The notes: a model not told the origin generated them from the letters alone. A DNA stretch of 64,000 nucleotides from Solirubrobacterales bacterium (GCA_020438425.1 JAGQUQ010000001.1:50277-114276); one strand, 5' to 3'; shown: positions 38,966 through 47,765, numbered from the stretch's first letter. Numbers and translations: made by a program.

Positions 38966-39523
38966 TCAGGAAGTCGTGCCGGTAGTGCCGGTGGTGCCTT
39001 CGGTTGCCGGCGCAGCGGTATCGGCGGAACCACCACTGCCGCAGCTGACAAATCCGAACCCGTCGGCCAGCTGGAAGTACTCGCCGGCCAGCACCGAACC
39101 CTGTTTCCCGGAGGCAATCATCGCGTCCTTGTCACCCGAAGCGATCGCGTCGGCCGCGTCCTGGGCATTGCTCACCCGCTGCCGTCCGAGCGCAATGATC
39201 TGGTCGACCGTGGCCTGGTCGGCAACCGGTGGCGTGAGAGTTTCAAGTTCGTCGAGCATGGCGGAGACTTCCGTGGCCTGGTCTTCGAACTCCTGGGCGG
39301 CCGATTCGAGGTCACTGTCCCTGAGCGACTGGTTGAACTGCCGCTCTAGGGTTTCGGAGTCGGCGCTGAACCGCGCGCAGATCGCGTCCGCGTCGGCGAT
39401 GTAGTCATCCCTGGTCTGGTCTTCCTCGCCGGAACCGCCGCCACAGCTGGCGAGCAAGACTGTGGCCGCTCCGGCCACCAGCAGGGTCAGCAGTCCATTC
39501 CTGTTCATCCACGGAAGTCGCAT
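38966..39523 (-). CDS. Acidic helical lipoprotein of unknown function (paralogue)
   Basis: The signal plus lipobox is MRLPWMNRNGLLTLLVAGAATVLLASCGG. It is collinear with 38387-38893 (DFIAQADQICAEI vs DYIADADAICARF). The C-terminus reads FVSCGSGG followed by a Thr/Gly tail. The start could be 39508, 39523 or GTG 39556. Confidence 0.55.
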   Translation of the reverse strand: MRLPWMNRNGLLTLLVAGAATVLLASCGGGSGEEDQTRDDYIADADAICARFSADSETLERQFNQSLRDSDLESAAQEFEDQATEVSAMLDELETLTPPVADQATVDQIIALGRQRVSNAQDAADAIASGDKDAMIASGKQGSVLAGEYFQLADGFGFVSCGSGGSADTAAPATEGTTGTTGTTS

Positions 39524-39576
39524 CGGGTCGGAGCCTACCTTCGGATCACCCGGCACGCCTCACTAGACTCGGTCAC

Positions 39577-41040
39577 ATGTCTTCCGACCAGGATCGCACC
39601 CCCTATGTCGATGCCCTGCTCGAGTTCGCCCAGAGCGATCCGGGGAGGTTCAACGTTCCCGGCCACCAGGGCGGAATCGGAGCCGATTCCCGGCTCCACC
39701 TGCTGACCGGCCAGACCGGCCTCGCCGACGACGTCCCCGCCCTGATCGAAGGTATTGATGTCGGTGATTCAAACCCGTTCCAGGAAGCGCAGAAACTAGC
39801 CGCCGAAGCCTGGGGAGCCAGGCGAACCTGGTTCCTGATCAACGGTGCCTCACAGGGAAATCAGGCCATGTGCCTCGCGGTGGCCCACATGGGGGGCGAA
39901 CTGGTGGTCCAGCGAAACGTCCACTCTTCGGTCATCGACGGGATGATCATGGCCGGACTCAAGCCGACCTTCGCAGCCCCGGAACTCGATCCGGATCTCG
40001 GGGTCGCTCACTGCCTGACTCCCGATGCGCTGGCCGAAGCCCTCGATCGCTGCCCCGATGCTGCCGCCGCCGTGGTCGTCTCCCCCACCTACTTTGGCGC
40101 CTGCGCTGACATTCCGGCACTGGCCGAGGTCGCCCACAGCCGCGGCGTGCCCCTGGTCGCGGACGAAGCCTGGGGTGCCCACCTCAAGTTCCATCCCGAC
40201 CTCCCGCCCTGCGCAATTGACAGCGGCGCCGACTTGGTCATCTCCTCGACCCACAAGATCGTCGGCAGCCTCACCCAATCGGCGATGATCCACCTGGCAA
40301 CCGACCGGTTTGACGAGTCGATCATCGACCGCTGCATCTCGATGACCGAGTCGACCAGCCCCAACTCGCTGCTCTGCGGCTCGCTTGATGCCGCCCGCAG
40401 GCAGGCCGCCGTCGACGGGGAGCGTCTGCTTGGCGAGACTCTTGAAGTCCTGTCCGATACGCGTGACGAGATCCGCACAATTCCCGGCCTGGACGTGCTC
40501 GACGAACGCCTGCTCGAAGCCGAAAGCGTGGTCGGCTGGGACCCTCTTCGACTGACTATCGACGTCCGCGGGACCGGAAGCACCGGCTACCACATCGCCG
40601 AGCTTGCCCGTGACCTTGCCGGAGTGAATCTCGAGCTGGCCTCCGACACCGTCGCCGTGGCCGTTTTCGGCATGGGCACCGGCACCCCGCAAAGGGCCCG
40701 TCGCCTGGTCGACGGCATCCTCACCGCACTCGAGGCGATCGAGGCCGAGCCGGTCCAGGAGAAGCCCGAATTCGCTCCGCCACCTCTCTGGGGTGACCCT
40801 GCCATGACACCGCGCGATGCGTTCCTCGGCCGCCAGGAAGTGGTGCCGTTCAGGGAGGCGGAGGGAAGGATTGCGGCCGAGCCTCTGGCCACCTACCCGC
40901 CCGGGATTCCCAACGTGCTGCCGGGTGAGCGCCTCACCCGGGAAACCCTCGACTACATCTCCGACTCGGTCGATCACGGCGGTTACGTCCGTGGCGCCGC
41001 CGACCGCGAGCTGACCACGCTTCGGGTAATCGCCGAATGA
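39577..41040 (+). CDS. PLP-dependent Orn/Lys/Arg decarboxylase family protein
   Basis: 487-aa ORF with FNVPGHQGG near the N-terminus and the PLP-lysine motif VISSTHKIVGSLTQSAMIH, as in the Bacillus SpeA-type decarboxylase family. Confidence 0.85.
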   Translation: MSSDQDRTPYVDALLEFAQSDPGRFNVPGHQGGIGADSRLHLLTGQTGLADDVPALIEGIDVGDSNPFQEAQKLAAEAWGARRTWFLINGASQGNQAMCLAVAHMGGELVVQRNVHSSVIDGMIMAGLKPTFAAPELDPDLGVAHCLTPDALAEALDRCPDAAAAVVVSPTYFGACADIPALAEVAHSRGVPLVADEAWGAHLKFHPDLPPCAIDSGADLVISSTHKIVGSLTQSAMIHLATDRFDESIIDRCISMTESTSPNSLLCGSLDAARRQAAVDGERLLGETLEVLSDTRDEIRTIPGLDVLDERLLEAESVVGWDPLRLTIDVRGTGSTGYHIAELARDLAGVNLELASDTVAVAVFGMGTGTPQRARRLVDGILTALEAIEAEPVQEKPEFAPPPLWGDPAMTPRDAFLGRQEVVPFREAEGRIAAEPLATYPPGIPNVLPGERLTRETLDYISDSVDHGGYVRGAADRELTTLRVIAE

Positions 41041-41840
41041 CCGGCGCCACACCGGCCCCCGGGACCAGCATCCCGGTCGGGACGCTGCCCAACCTGCGGG
41101 ATCTGGGCGGGTACCGGGTCCGTGACGGTCGCAAGGTCCGTTTCGGCCGGCTCTACAGGTCGGTGCTGCTGGCCCGCCTGAGCGATCCCGACCTGGCTCA
41201 GATGAAGGAGTTCGGGCTGCGGACGGTGATCGACTTCCGTACCGCGGCCGAACACGAAGCGAATCCCGACCGCGACCTCGGAGCCCGCGAGATCGGCCTC
41301 GACGTGCTCGCCGACCGGACCGGCAGCGGCCCGGCCGCGCTGCTCGCAAAGATGGATGATCCTGCGGCGATCGGTGAAGCGCTTTCCGACGGGCAGGGCC
41401 ACGAAATGATGCGGACCGCCTACCGGGAGCTGATCGAGCTTCCCTCCGCGAACCGGGCCTTCAACAGGTTCTTCACGGAGATCGCCGCGGCCGATTCGCT
41501 GCCTCTCCTCTTTCACTGCACCACCGGCAAGGACCGGACCGGCTGGGCCGCCGCCTCGACCCTGCTTTTTCTCGGCGCTCCGAGGGAGGACGTCTTCCAT
41601 GACTACCTGCAGACCAACGAGCAGTTGCTGCCGGCCCTGAAGCCGTACTTCGAACAGTTCGAGGCGGTCGGTGGTGACCCGGAGGTGCTTCGTCCCGTTC
41701 TCAGCGTGGACGCGGATTACCTGCAGACCGCGATCGACCTGATGGAGCGGACCTACGGTTCGATCGACGGCTACATGCGGGACGGGCTCGGACTCGACGA
41801 GGAGATCCTCGAGACCCTCCGCCGGCGCCTGTTGTCCTGA
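41037..41840 (+). CDS. Protein-tyrosine phosphatase (Y_phosphatase3-like)
   Basis: 267-aa ORF with the CX5R active site HCTTGKDRTGW and the N-terminal NLRDLGGY box. The ATG overlaps the decarboxylase stop (ATGA). Confidence 0.8.
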   Translation: MTGATPAPGTSIPVGTLPNLRDLGGYRVRDGRKVRFGRLYRSVLLARLSDPDLAQMKEFGLRTVIDFRTAAEHEANPDRDLGAREIGLDVLADRTGSGPAALLAKMDDPAAIGEALSDGQGHEMMRTAYRELIELPSANRAFNRFFTEIAAADSLPLLFHCTTGKDRTGWAAASTLLFLGAPREDVFHDYLQTNEQLLPALKPYFEQFEAVGGDPEVLRPVLSVDADYLQTAIDLMERTYGSIDGYMRDGLGLDEEILETLRRRLLS

Positions 41841-41859
41841 GGGGATCGCACGAGATGCG

Positions 41860-41888
41860 AAAAGTTGTCCGTATGGGGCAACTTTCCG
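41860..41888. terminator. Hairpin between convergent genes, possible bidirectional terminator
   Basis: A stem of about 11 bp pairs 41860-41869 with 41875-41884 (AAAGTTGTCC / GGGGCAACTTT, one G-U). On the minus strand it runs into UUUU. Confidence 0.4.
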
Positions 41889-41904
41889 CTTCTCGCGGGG
41901 CGGG

Positions 41905-42297
41905 TCAGTCGGCGCGGCCGGGGTCGCCCTCGATCAGTTCGATCCGGTAACCGTCGGGGTCACGGACGAAGCAGAGCCGGGAACCGCCCTCGCTGACCGT
42001 GTACGGAGGCTTCTCGGGAGCGATGCCCTGGTCCGCCAGGTTCTCCAGAGACGCGTCGAGATCGTCGACCACGAAGGCGATGTGACCGTAGCCGGTCCCG
42101 ATCTCGTAAGGCTCTTCCTGGTCGTAGTTGAAGGTCAGCTCGAGCCGGGGTCCGTCACCCTCATGGCCCATATAGACGTTTACCGCTTCGTCACCGATCG
42201 GCAGCCGGTGATGCTCCTTGAGACCGAGCTTCTCGTAGAAGCCGATCGATTCATCGAGGTCGAAAACCCGGTAACAGGTGTGGATCAGGGAAGACAT
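41905..42297 (-). CDS. Glyoxalase I / VOC-family lactoylglutathione lyase
   Basis: 130-aa ORF with MSSLIHTCYRVFDLDESIGFYEKLGL and GYGHIAFVVDD, typical of the family. Confidence 0.85.
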   Translation of the reverse strand: MSSLIHTCYRVFDLDESIGFYEKLGLKEHHRLPIGDEAVNVYMGHEGDGPRLELTFNYDQEEPYEIGTGYGHIAFVVDDLDASLENLADQGIAPEKPPYTVSEGGSRLCFVRDPDGYRIELIEGDPGRAD

Positions 42298-42354
42298 GCC
42301 TCAACCGTACCCGCTGCCGCCCCGGGCCACGCAGAACCAGGTTCGAGGAACGGT

Positions 42355-43497
42355 TCAGCGGTGAATGCGGAACACCCGCCGGACCGGGGTCTGGTCCTGG
42401 TTGCCGGCTAGATCGACTGCCTTCACCCGGAAGACATGCCGACCCTTCTTCAGCCCTCGCAGGGTCTTCGGCGAAGTGCACCGGGAAAAGGCCCGGCCAT
42501 CGATCGAGCAGCGGAAACTCCCCTCTTCCGACGAGCGAAACCGGAAAGTGACGGTCCGCTTGCCCTTGCGCTTCAACGAAACGAGGGTGGTCCGGGGAGC
42601 GACGCGGTCCTCGACCACCGGGCAAAGCGAAGGATCCGTTTCGCAGTTCGGCTCCGGCGGCGGGTCACAGTCAAACGGCCCGACCGGATCGAGAAAAGAT
42701 TCGGCGAGGGCGACGTTGCCGAGCCCGTTGGCGTGGATCGCGTCGGCGAAGAAGGAATTACCGCCGGCCAGGAAAGCAACGTAGGGATCGGCTACCACGG
42801 CCCCGAAGGCGGAACCTGCCTGGAAGGCGATGTCATTCAGTCCGGTGCTGGTCTCGACCGCACATTGATCGGCCTGGAGGTTGGTGCCGAGCAGTTTGCG
42901 ATCGACGTTCTGCTGGTCCTCGAGCGAGATTCCGGAGCCCTCCCGCTTGTACGGGTTGTAGTAGGACAGCAGGCCGAAATACTCGGTTCCGGGATCGTTC
43001 TCCAGAGCGTTCCTGATCTGGCTGACCATGTCGTCGTAGCTCGCCTGGAAGGCAGCACATCCGGTCGCCTCGCCGAAGCAGCTCTCGCCGCCGAGCGCGT
43101 CGTTGCCACCGATTGCGATGGTCACGGCTCTTGTGTCATCGGCGGCGTTGATCTCGCTGATCGCGGTCGGCAGTTGCTGGGACTTGAGCCCGGAAAGGAC
43201 TTGCCCGGCTTGGGCCAGGGCGATGTGCTCGTCGGCGCCGAGGGTCTCGTCGAATCCGGGATGAGTCCCGAAACCGCCGAAGAGCAGGTCGACATAGGTC
43301 GAGGATCCGCCGTTCGTGGAACTGGTCGAGGTCGAATCTCCCATCGAAATGTACGGATCGGCCGACGCAGCGCTGCCGAACGCGAGCAGGCCGAAAAGAG
43401 CGACGGCCGCCCCTGTTGCAATTGCCCTGAAACCGTTTCTGATCATGCCTGCGCTTTTTCCCTGGAAGGACGCGAATCGCGTCTTTGAGCGGGGCAT
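42355..43497 (-). CDS. Secreted SGNH/GDSL hydrolase with a basic C-terminal Ig-like domain
   Basis: SGNH blocks are ISMGDSTS (Ser), IAIGGNDA and DAIHAN (His). A signal peptide is present. The C-terminal ~90 aa are rich in Arg and Lys. An alternative start is ATG 43446. Confidence 0.75.
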   Translation of the reverse strand: MPRSKTRFASFQGKSAGMIRNGFRAIATGAAVALFGLLAFGSAASADPYISMGDSTSTSSTNGGSSTYVDLLFGGFGTHPGFDETLGADEHIALAQAGQVLSGLKSQQLPTAISEINAADDTRAVTIAIGGNDALGGESCFGEATGCAAFQASYDDMVSQIRNALENDPGTEYFGLLSYYNPYKREGSGISLEDQQNVDRKLLGTNLQADQCAVETSTGLNDIAFQAGSAFGAVVADPYVAFLAGGNSFFADAIHANGLGNVALAESFLDPVGPFDCDPPPEPNCETDPSLCPVVEDRVAPRTTLVSLKRKGKRTVTFRFRSSEEGSFRCSIDGRAFSRCTSPKTLRGLKKGRHVFRVKAVDLAGNQDQTPVRRVFRIHR

Positions 43498-43532
43498 TCT
43501 AGCCGGGAAGAGCCTCCCGTTAGGGTGAGAGC

Positions 43533-44600
43533 ATGAGCACCTACGAGCGTGTTGCGGAGTTGCCGGTCGAGATCGAGTCCTGGTCGATGGAGGGACTTGC
43601 GATCAGGCCATCACCGGACTTCGAGCGACTCACGACCGTGATCCGGATCGAGGGAGCCGGCCAGACCGGCCTCGGGGAGGACATCACCTACGAGGCGCTC
43701 GATCAGATCGCGCTTCAGGACGCCGGCCCCACCCATGACCTGACCGGCGCGAAGACGGTCGGAGAGCTCTGTGACCTGATCGGCACCCTCGACCTCTTCC
43801 CCACCGCGCCCGAGCGTGATGTTTCTCGCCTCTACCGCCGCTGGGCCTTCGAATCGGCGGCGCTCGACCTGGCCCTCTGGCAGGCGGGCACCTCCCTGGC
43901 CGGCTACCTCGGCCGCGAGCTTCAGCCGCTCACCTTCGTCGCTTCGATGGGTCTTGCGGGTGGCCCCGGAGGCACCAGATCCGACGTCGGTCGGTTGCGG
44001 GTCAAGCTGGACCGCTACCCGGATCTCAAGTTCAAACTCGACCCCTCACTGGACTGGGACCAGGACCTGATCGACGAACTGGTCGAGACCGGCGCCGTGA
44101 ACACCCTCGACCTGAAGGGTCAGTACAAGGGCACCGTGGTCGACATCGAGACCGACCCGGAGCTCTACCGTCGCCTGGTGACCGCCTTTCCCGGGGCCTG
44201 GATCGAGGATCCGGACGTGACCCCGGAAACCCGCGAGGTTCTGAAGGGCGACTGGGACCGGGTCACCTGGGACGCACCGATCCACTCGGTCGAAGAGATC
44301 TCCTCGCTGGAACACAAACCGAAGGTGATCAACATCAAGCCGTCCCGGATGGGCGGCCTGAAGTCGACCTTTGACGCCTACGACTATTGCGAGGCCGAAG
44401 GGATTGGCGCCTATGGTGGCGGGCAGTGGGAACTGGGCGTCGGCCGCGACCAGATCCAGTACCTGGCGGCGCTGTTTCACCCCGACAATCCCAACGACAC
44501 CGCCCCGGTCGGCTACAACGCCGCCGAACCGGAGCCAGGCCTTCCCGTTAGCCCGATGAAAGTGCCCGGAAACGGCTTCGGAAAGCCGGATGACAGTTAG
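43533..44600 (+). CDS. Enolase-superfamily (mandelate racemase/muconate lactonizing enzyme-like) protein
   Basis: 355-aa ORF with LDLKGQYKG, AWIEDPD and INIKPSRMGGL. These resemble the MR/MLE metal-ligand and catalytic-Lys strands. The match is weaker than for most other calls. Confidence 0.55.
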   Translation: MSTYERVAELPVEIESWSMEGLAIRPSPDFERLTTVIRIEGAGQTGLGEDITYEALDQIALQDAGPTHDLTGAKTVGELCDLIGTLDLFPTAPERDVSRLYRRWAFESAALDLALWQAGTSLAGYLGRELQPLTFVASMGLAGGPGGTRSDVGRLRVKLDRYPDLKFKLDPSLDWDQDLIDELVETGAVNTLDLKGQYKGTVVDIETDPELYRRLVTAFPGAWIEDPDVTPETREVLKGDWDRVTWDAPIHSVEEISSLEHKPKVINIKPSRMGGLKSTFDAYDYCEAEGIGAYGGGQWELGVGRDQIQYLAALFHPDNPNDTAPVGYNAAEPEPGLPVSPMKVPGNGFGKPDDS

Positions 44601-44694
44601 AGTCATCTAACCCCGGATGCGGCATACCGAAGCCGCAGACTGCGCTAGGTTTGGGTCGGCGACCTGTACCTCACCCCTTCCGATCGGAGACCAC

Positions 44695-45228
44695 ATGGCT
44701 GCAAAGAAAAGTTTTGCCAAGGCGCTGAACGCCCAGATCTCGAACGAGTTCGCTGCCTCGCAGCAGTACGTGGCGATGGCCGTCTACTACGACTCGGAGA
44801 CCCTGCCCCGTCTCGCCTCGTTCTTCTACCGCCAGGCGGTCGAAGAGCGCGAGCACGCGATGATGATGATCCAGTACCTGCTCGACGTCGACGAAGAGGT
44901 CCAGGTGCCGGACACCAAGTCCCAGCCGACCAGGTACAAGGACGGCATCACTCCGGTCAAGGAAGCCCTGGCCCAGGAGCAAAGGGTCTCGGATGAGATT
45001 TTCGGTCTCTTCGAACTTGCCCGCGAGGTCAAGGACTACCGGGCCGAGCACTTCATGCAGTGGTTCGTCAAGGAACAGGTCGAGGAAGTCGCACTGATGG
45101 GTGACCTGCTCAACGTGGTCGAGCGTTCGAAGGAGAACCTGCTGCTGGCCGAGGAGTACATCGCCCGCGAAGGACTCGGCGAGGAAGGCGACGACCCGAC
45201 CGCCCCGCCGCCTGCCGGGGGTCACTGA
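44695..45228 (+). CDS. Ferritin (non-haem bacterial ferritin-like)
   Basis: ATG 44695 follows GGAGA. Matches are MAAKKSFAKALNAQISNEFAASQQYVAMAVYY and the ferroxidase-type EEREHAMMMIQYL. Confidence 0.85.
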   Translation: MAAKKSFAKALNAQISNEFAASQQYVAMAVYYDSETLPRLASFFYRQAVEEREHAMMMIQYLLDVDEEVQVPDTKSQPTRYKDGITPVKEALAQEQRVSDEIFGLFELAREVKDYRAEHFMQWFVKEQVEEVALMGDLLNVVERSKENLLLAEEYIAREGLGEEGDDPTAPPPAGGH

Positions 45229-45275
45229 ACCGGGCTTCCCGACGGGCTCACCCGGAAGATGTGAATCGGCTTCTT

Positions 45276-45304
45276 CCTCCTGCGGTATTCTCCGCCGCAG
45301 GAGG
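45276..45304 (+). terminator. Perfect 10-bp hairpin after the ferritin gene (terminator without a U-tract)
   Basis: cctcctgcgg (45276-45285) pairs with ccgcaggagg (45295-45304) around a 9-nt loop. No T-run follows. Confidence 0.35.
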
Positions 45305-45362
45305 GGTCGGTTCCGCCGGCCCGAATGGGAGACGGGCGGGGAGCCCGGATGGAGGAGAGTTC

Positions 45363-47696
45363 ATGTCTGTTGATGTTCGCCGGATGCCGATCCGCTTTGC
45401 GGCGCTGATCATCACCCTGCTCGGCCTGCTTGCCTGGGCAAGCGACGCCAGAGCGAACCCGCAGGCCGCCGACATCCCGGTGTTCGACGTCGGTGCTGCC
45501 GCGAAGAACATCAACCCGGACACGCCCCAGTACATCGGCGGCTACGGCTACAAGGCCGGGCCCACCACCAACGTCCACGACGACCTCGAAGCCCGCGCCT
45601 TCGTGGTCGGCAAGGGTGACCAGGCGAATGTCTTCGTGGTGGTCGACTCGACCGGCTGGTTCGCCGCCTACAACAGCGCCGAAGCTTCTCCTTACGGTGT
45701 CGACAAGACCCGCGAGCGGGTTGCCGAAGCGCTGAACGAGCAGGGCTATGACATCACCCGGGCCAACGTGATCATCTCCACCACTCACGTTCACGCCGCT
45801 CCGGCCGTGGTCGGAATCTGGGGCACCCTCGACGCCACCTACCTGAAGAAGATGGCCGATCAGGTCGTGGCCGCGGCCAGTGAGGCAGCGGAGAACGCCA
45901 GGCCTTCCGAGATCTGGACCGGGGTCGGTGACCTCCGCTCCTTCATCTGGCAGAACGGCCAGGGCACCAACCACCCCGATGGTTTCGTCTATGACAACGA
46001 GGTTCCGGTGATGTGGGCCCGCGATCCGGAAACGGGTGCGACCAATGCGATCTACGCCTCGGTCCCGAACCACCCCGACCAGTTCAACGGCGAGGACAAC
46101 GACGCCTTCTCCGCCGACTGGCCCGGCTACGCCCGCCGCGCCCTCGACGAACTGAACGGCGGCACCACCGTGATCGGCCCGGGAACGCTCGGCAAGCAGG
46201 AGCCTCCGGGATCGGTAAACACTTACGACGAGGTGATCCCCCAGGGCCGGATCGTCGCCAACGAGATCCAGCGCACCCTGGCGAAGGCAACCCCGCTGAC
46301 TGACGACACGATCGCCGCCAGCGAGCAGTACATGCAGACTCCGGCCGACAACGATGACCTGATCTTCGCGATGAACATCTTCACCTACCCGGGCTCCTGC
46401 ATCGACGCGCTCGAGATCTGCACGATCCCCCGATCGACGGCAATGCCCTATCTCGACTCCTCGGGCGACGGCGACCCGCTGATCGGCACCCACGTTGCCA
46501 CGGTGCGAATCGGTGATGCCGTCTACACGACCAACCCCGGCGAGGCTTTCTCCGAGGTGAACTTCGCCACCCGGGCCGGAATCAGTGGGGCCCGTTACGT
46601 CGGCACGCTGAGCCAGTCCGGTGACATGCTCGGCTACTACTACGAGCGGGGCGACTACACCGAGCAGCAGTTCGGATCGAGCAACTTCGAGAACTACAAC
46701 GTCGGCCCGGACATGCCGAAGGACAATGTCGCGGCGGCACTCGCCGGCGCCGAAGCGATCGGATTCTCGACCACGCCGCAGACCGTTCGCTCGGTCTACA
46801 ACGCCGACGTTGCCGACCGGCCCGGCCTCCAGTGGTACCCAACCGAGGTCGAGTCGGCCAGCGAGACCGTGAACATCCTCGGTGGCGCCACCAAGTCACA
46901 GGACGAGACGGTCCCCGCGCCTGCCACGATCCAGTGGGACTTCGACGACGGCACCACGCCGACCACGAACAACGGCGAGCGTTTCGACCACACCTTCCCC
47001 GGACCGGGAACCTACGACGTGGTCGCGACCGTGGTCGGCGGCGGCAAGACCCGCAGCTGGGAGCAGCAGATCATCGTCAACCCGGACCTTCAGGCGACCG
47101 CAACCTACGAGGGTCACCTCACCCAGGGAGCCAGCCTTCTGGGCGGCGCCCTCGGTGGTTCCGGCAAGGTTGTCGCCGCCCACTGGACCTGCCAGGACGG
47201 CACCAAGGTCAGCGGCATCAACGTGGTCTGCAAGAGCCCCAAGGCAGGCACCGCCTCGGTGACCGTCGTCGATGGTGCCGGCAACACCGCCGAAACCACC
47301 GTCGCCGTGCCCAAGGCCCCGCCCGCCAAACCGAAGATCACCAGGATCAAGGTCAAGCCGAAGAAGATCAGGTACGGCAAGAAGGGAACCATGACGGTGA
47401 CCCTGAAGAACCTGAGCACGACGACCGCGACCAAGGTCAAGGTCTGCGTCAAGGTTCCCGCCAGGGCGAAGAAGCTGGTCAAGGTGGCCCCGTCCTGCAA
47501 GTCGCCCGGGGCACTGCGTTCCGGCAAGGCAGCTTCGGTGCCGATCGGGATCAAGGTCTCTCGCAAGGCCAGGCCGGGCTCGAAGGTGAAGCTCCAGGTC
47601 ACGGTCAGCGCCAGCGGCGCAAAGAAGAAGACCGCTTCGATCGCCTTGAAGGGCAAGCCGGGCGGCATGACCTCAAGCAGTTACGCCGCCGGCTAG
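45363..47696 (+). CDS. Secreted multidomain protein: neutral-ceramidase-like N-terminal hydrolase domain, PKD domain, Lys-rich C-terminal beta-sandwich
   Basis: The track ORF 45261-47696 is trimmed to ATG 45363, which follows GGAGGAGAG. That start gives MSVDVRRMPIRFAALIITLLGLLAWASDARA (signal peptide). The N-domain pattern is FDVGAAAKNINPDTPQYIGGYGY...VHDDLEARAFVV. The PKD-like segment is IQWDFDDGTTPTTNNGERFDHTFPGPGTYDVVATV. The tail reads KPKITRIKVKPKKIRYGKKGTMTVTLKNL... Confidence 0.6.
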   Translation: MSVDVRRMPIRFAALIITLLGLLAWASDARANPQAADIPVFDVGAAAKNINPDTPQYIGGYGYKAGPTTNVHDDLEARAFVVGKGDQANVFVVVDSTGWFAAYNSAEASPYGVDKTRERVAEALNEQGYDITRANVIISTTHVHAAPAVVGIWGTLDATYLKKMADQVVAAASEAAENARPSEIWTGVGDLRSFIWQNGQGTNHPDGFVYDNEVPVMWARDPETGATNAIYASVPNHPDQFNGEDNDAFSADWPGYARRALDELNGGTTVIGPGTLGKQEPPGSVNTYDEVIPQGRIVANEIQRTLAKATPLTDDTIAASEQYMQTPADNDDLIFAMNIFTYPGSCIDALEICTIPRSTAMPYLDSSGDGDPLIGTHVATVRIGDAVYTTNPGEAFSEVNFATRAGISGARYVGTLSQSGDMLGYYYERGDYTEQQFGSSNFENYNVGPDMPKDNVAAALAGAEAIGFSTTPQTVRSVYNADVADRPGLQWYPTEVESASETVNILGGATKSQDETVPAPATIQWDFDDGTTPTTNNGERFDHTFPGPGTYDVVATVVGGGKTRSWEQQIIVNPDLQATATYEGHLTQGASLLGGALGGSGKVVAAHWTCQDGTKVSGINVVCKSPKAGTASVTVVDGAGNTAETTVAVPKAPPAKPKITRIKVKPKKIRYGKKGTMTVTLKNLSTTTATKVKVCVKVPARAKKLVKVAPSCKSPGALRSGKAASVPIGIKVSRKARPGSKVKLQVTVSASGAKKKTASIALKGKPGGMTSSSYAAG

Positions 47697-47728
47697 ACCT
47701 GAGATAACCGCCGGTCTCGAAACTGAAG

Positions 47729-47758
47729 ACGCCCCGGGTTCCCGGGGCGTTTTCTGTT
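47729..47758 (+). terminator. Rho-independent terminator
   Basis: acgccccggg (47729-47738) pairs with cccggggcgt (47741-47750) and is followed by TTTCTGTT. It sits between convergent genes. Confidence 0.7.
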
Positions 47759-47765
47759 GCGGTGA

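Noticed and set aside
44640-44680. Possible IdeR/DtxR iron box upstream of the ferritin gene (cTAGGTTtgggtcggcgACCTgta)
   Set aside because: The AGGT and ACCT half-sites are 15 nt apart instead of the 11 nt of the 19-bp iron-box consensus, and the central positions do not match.
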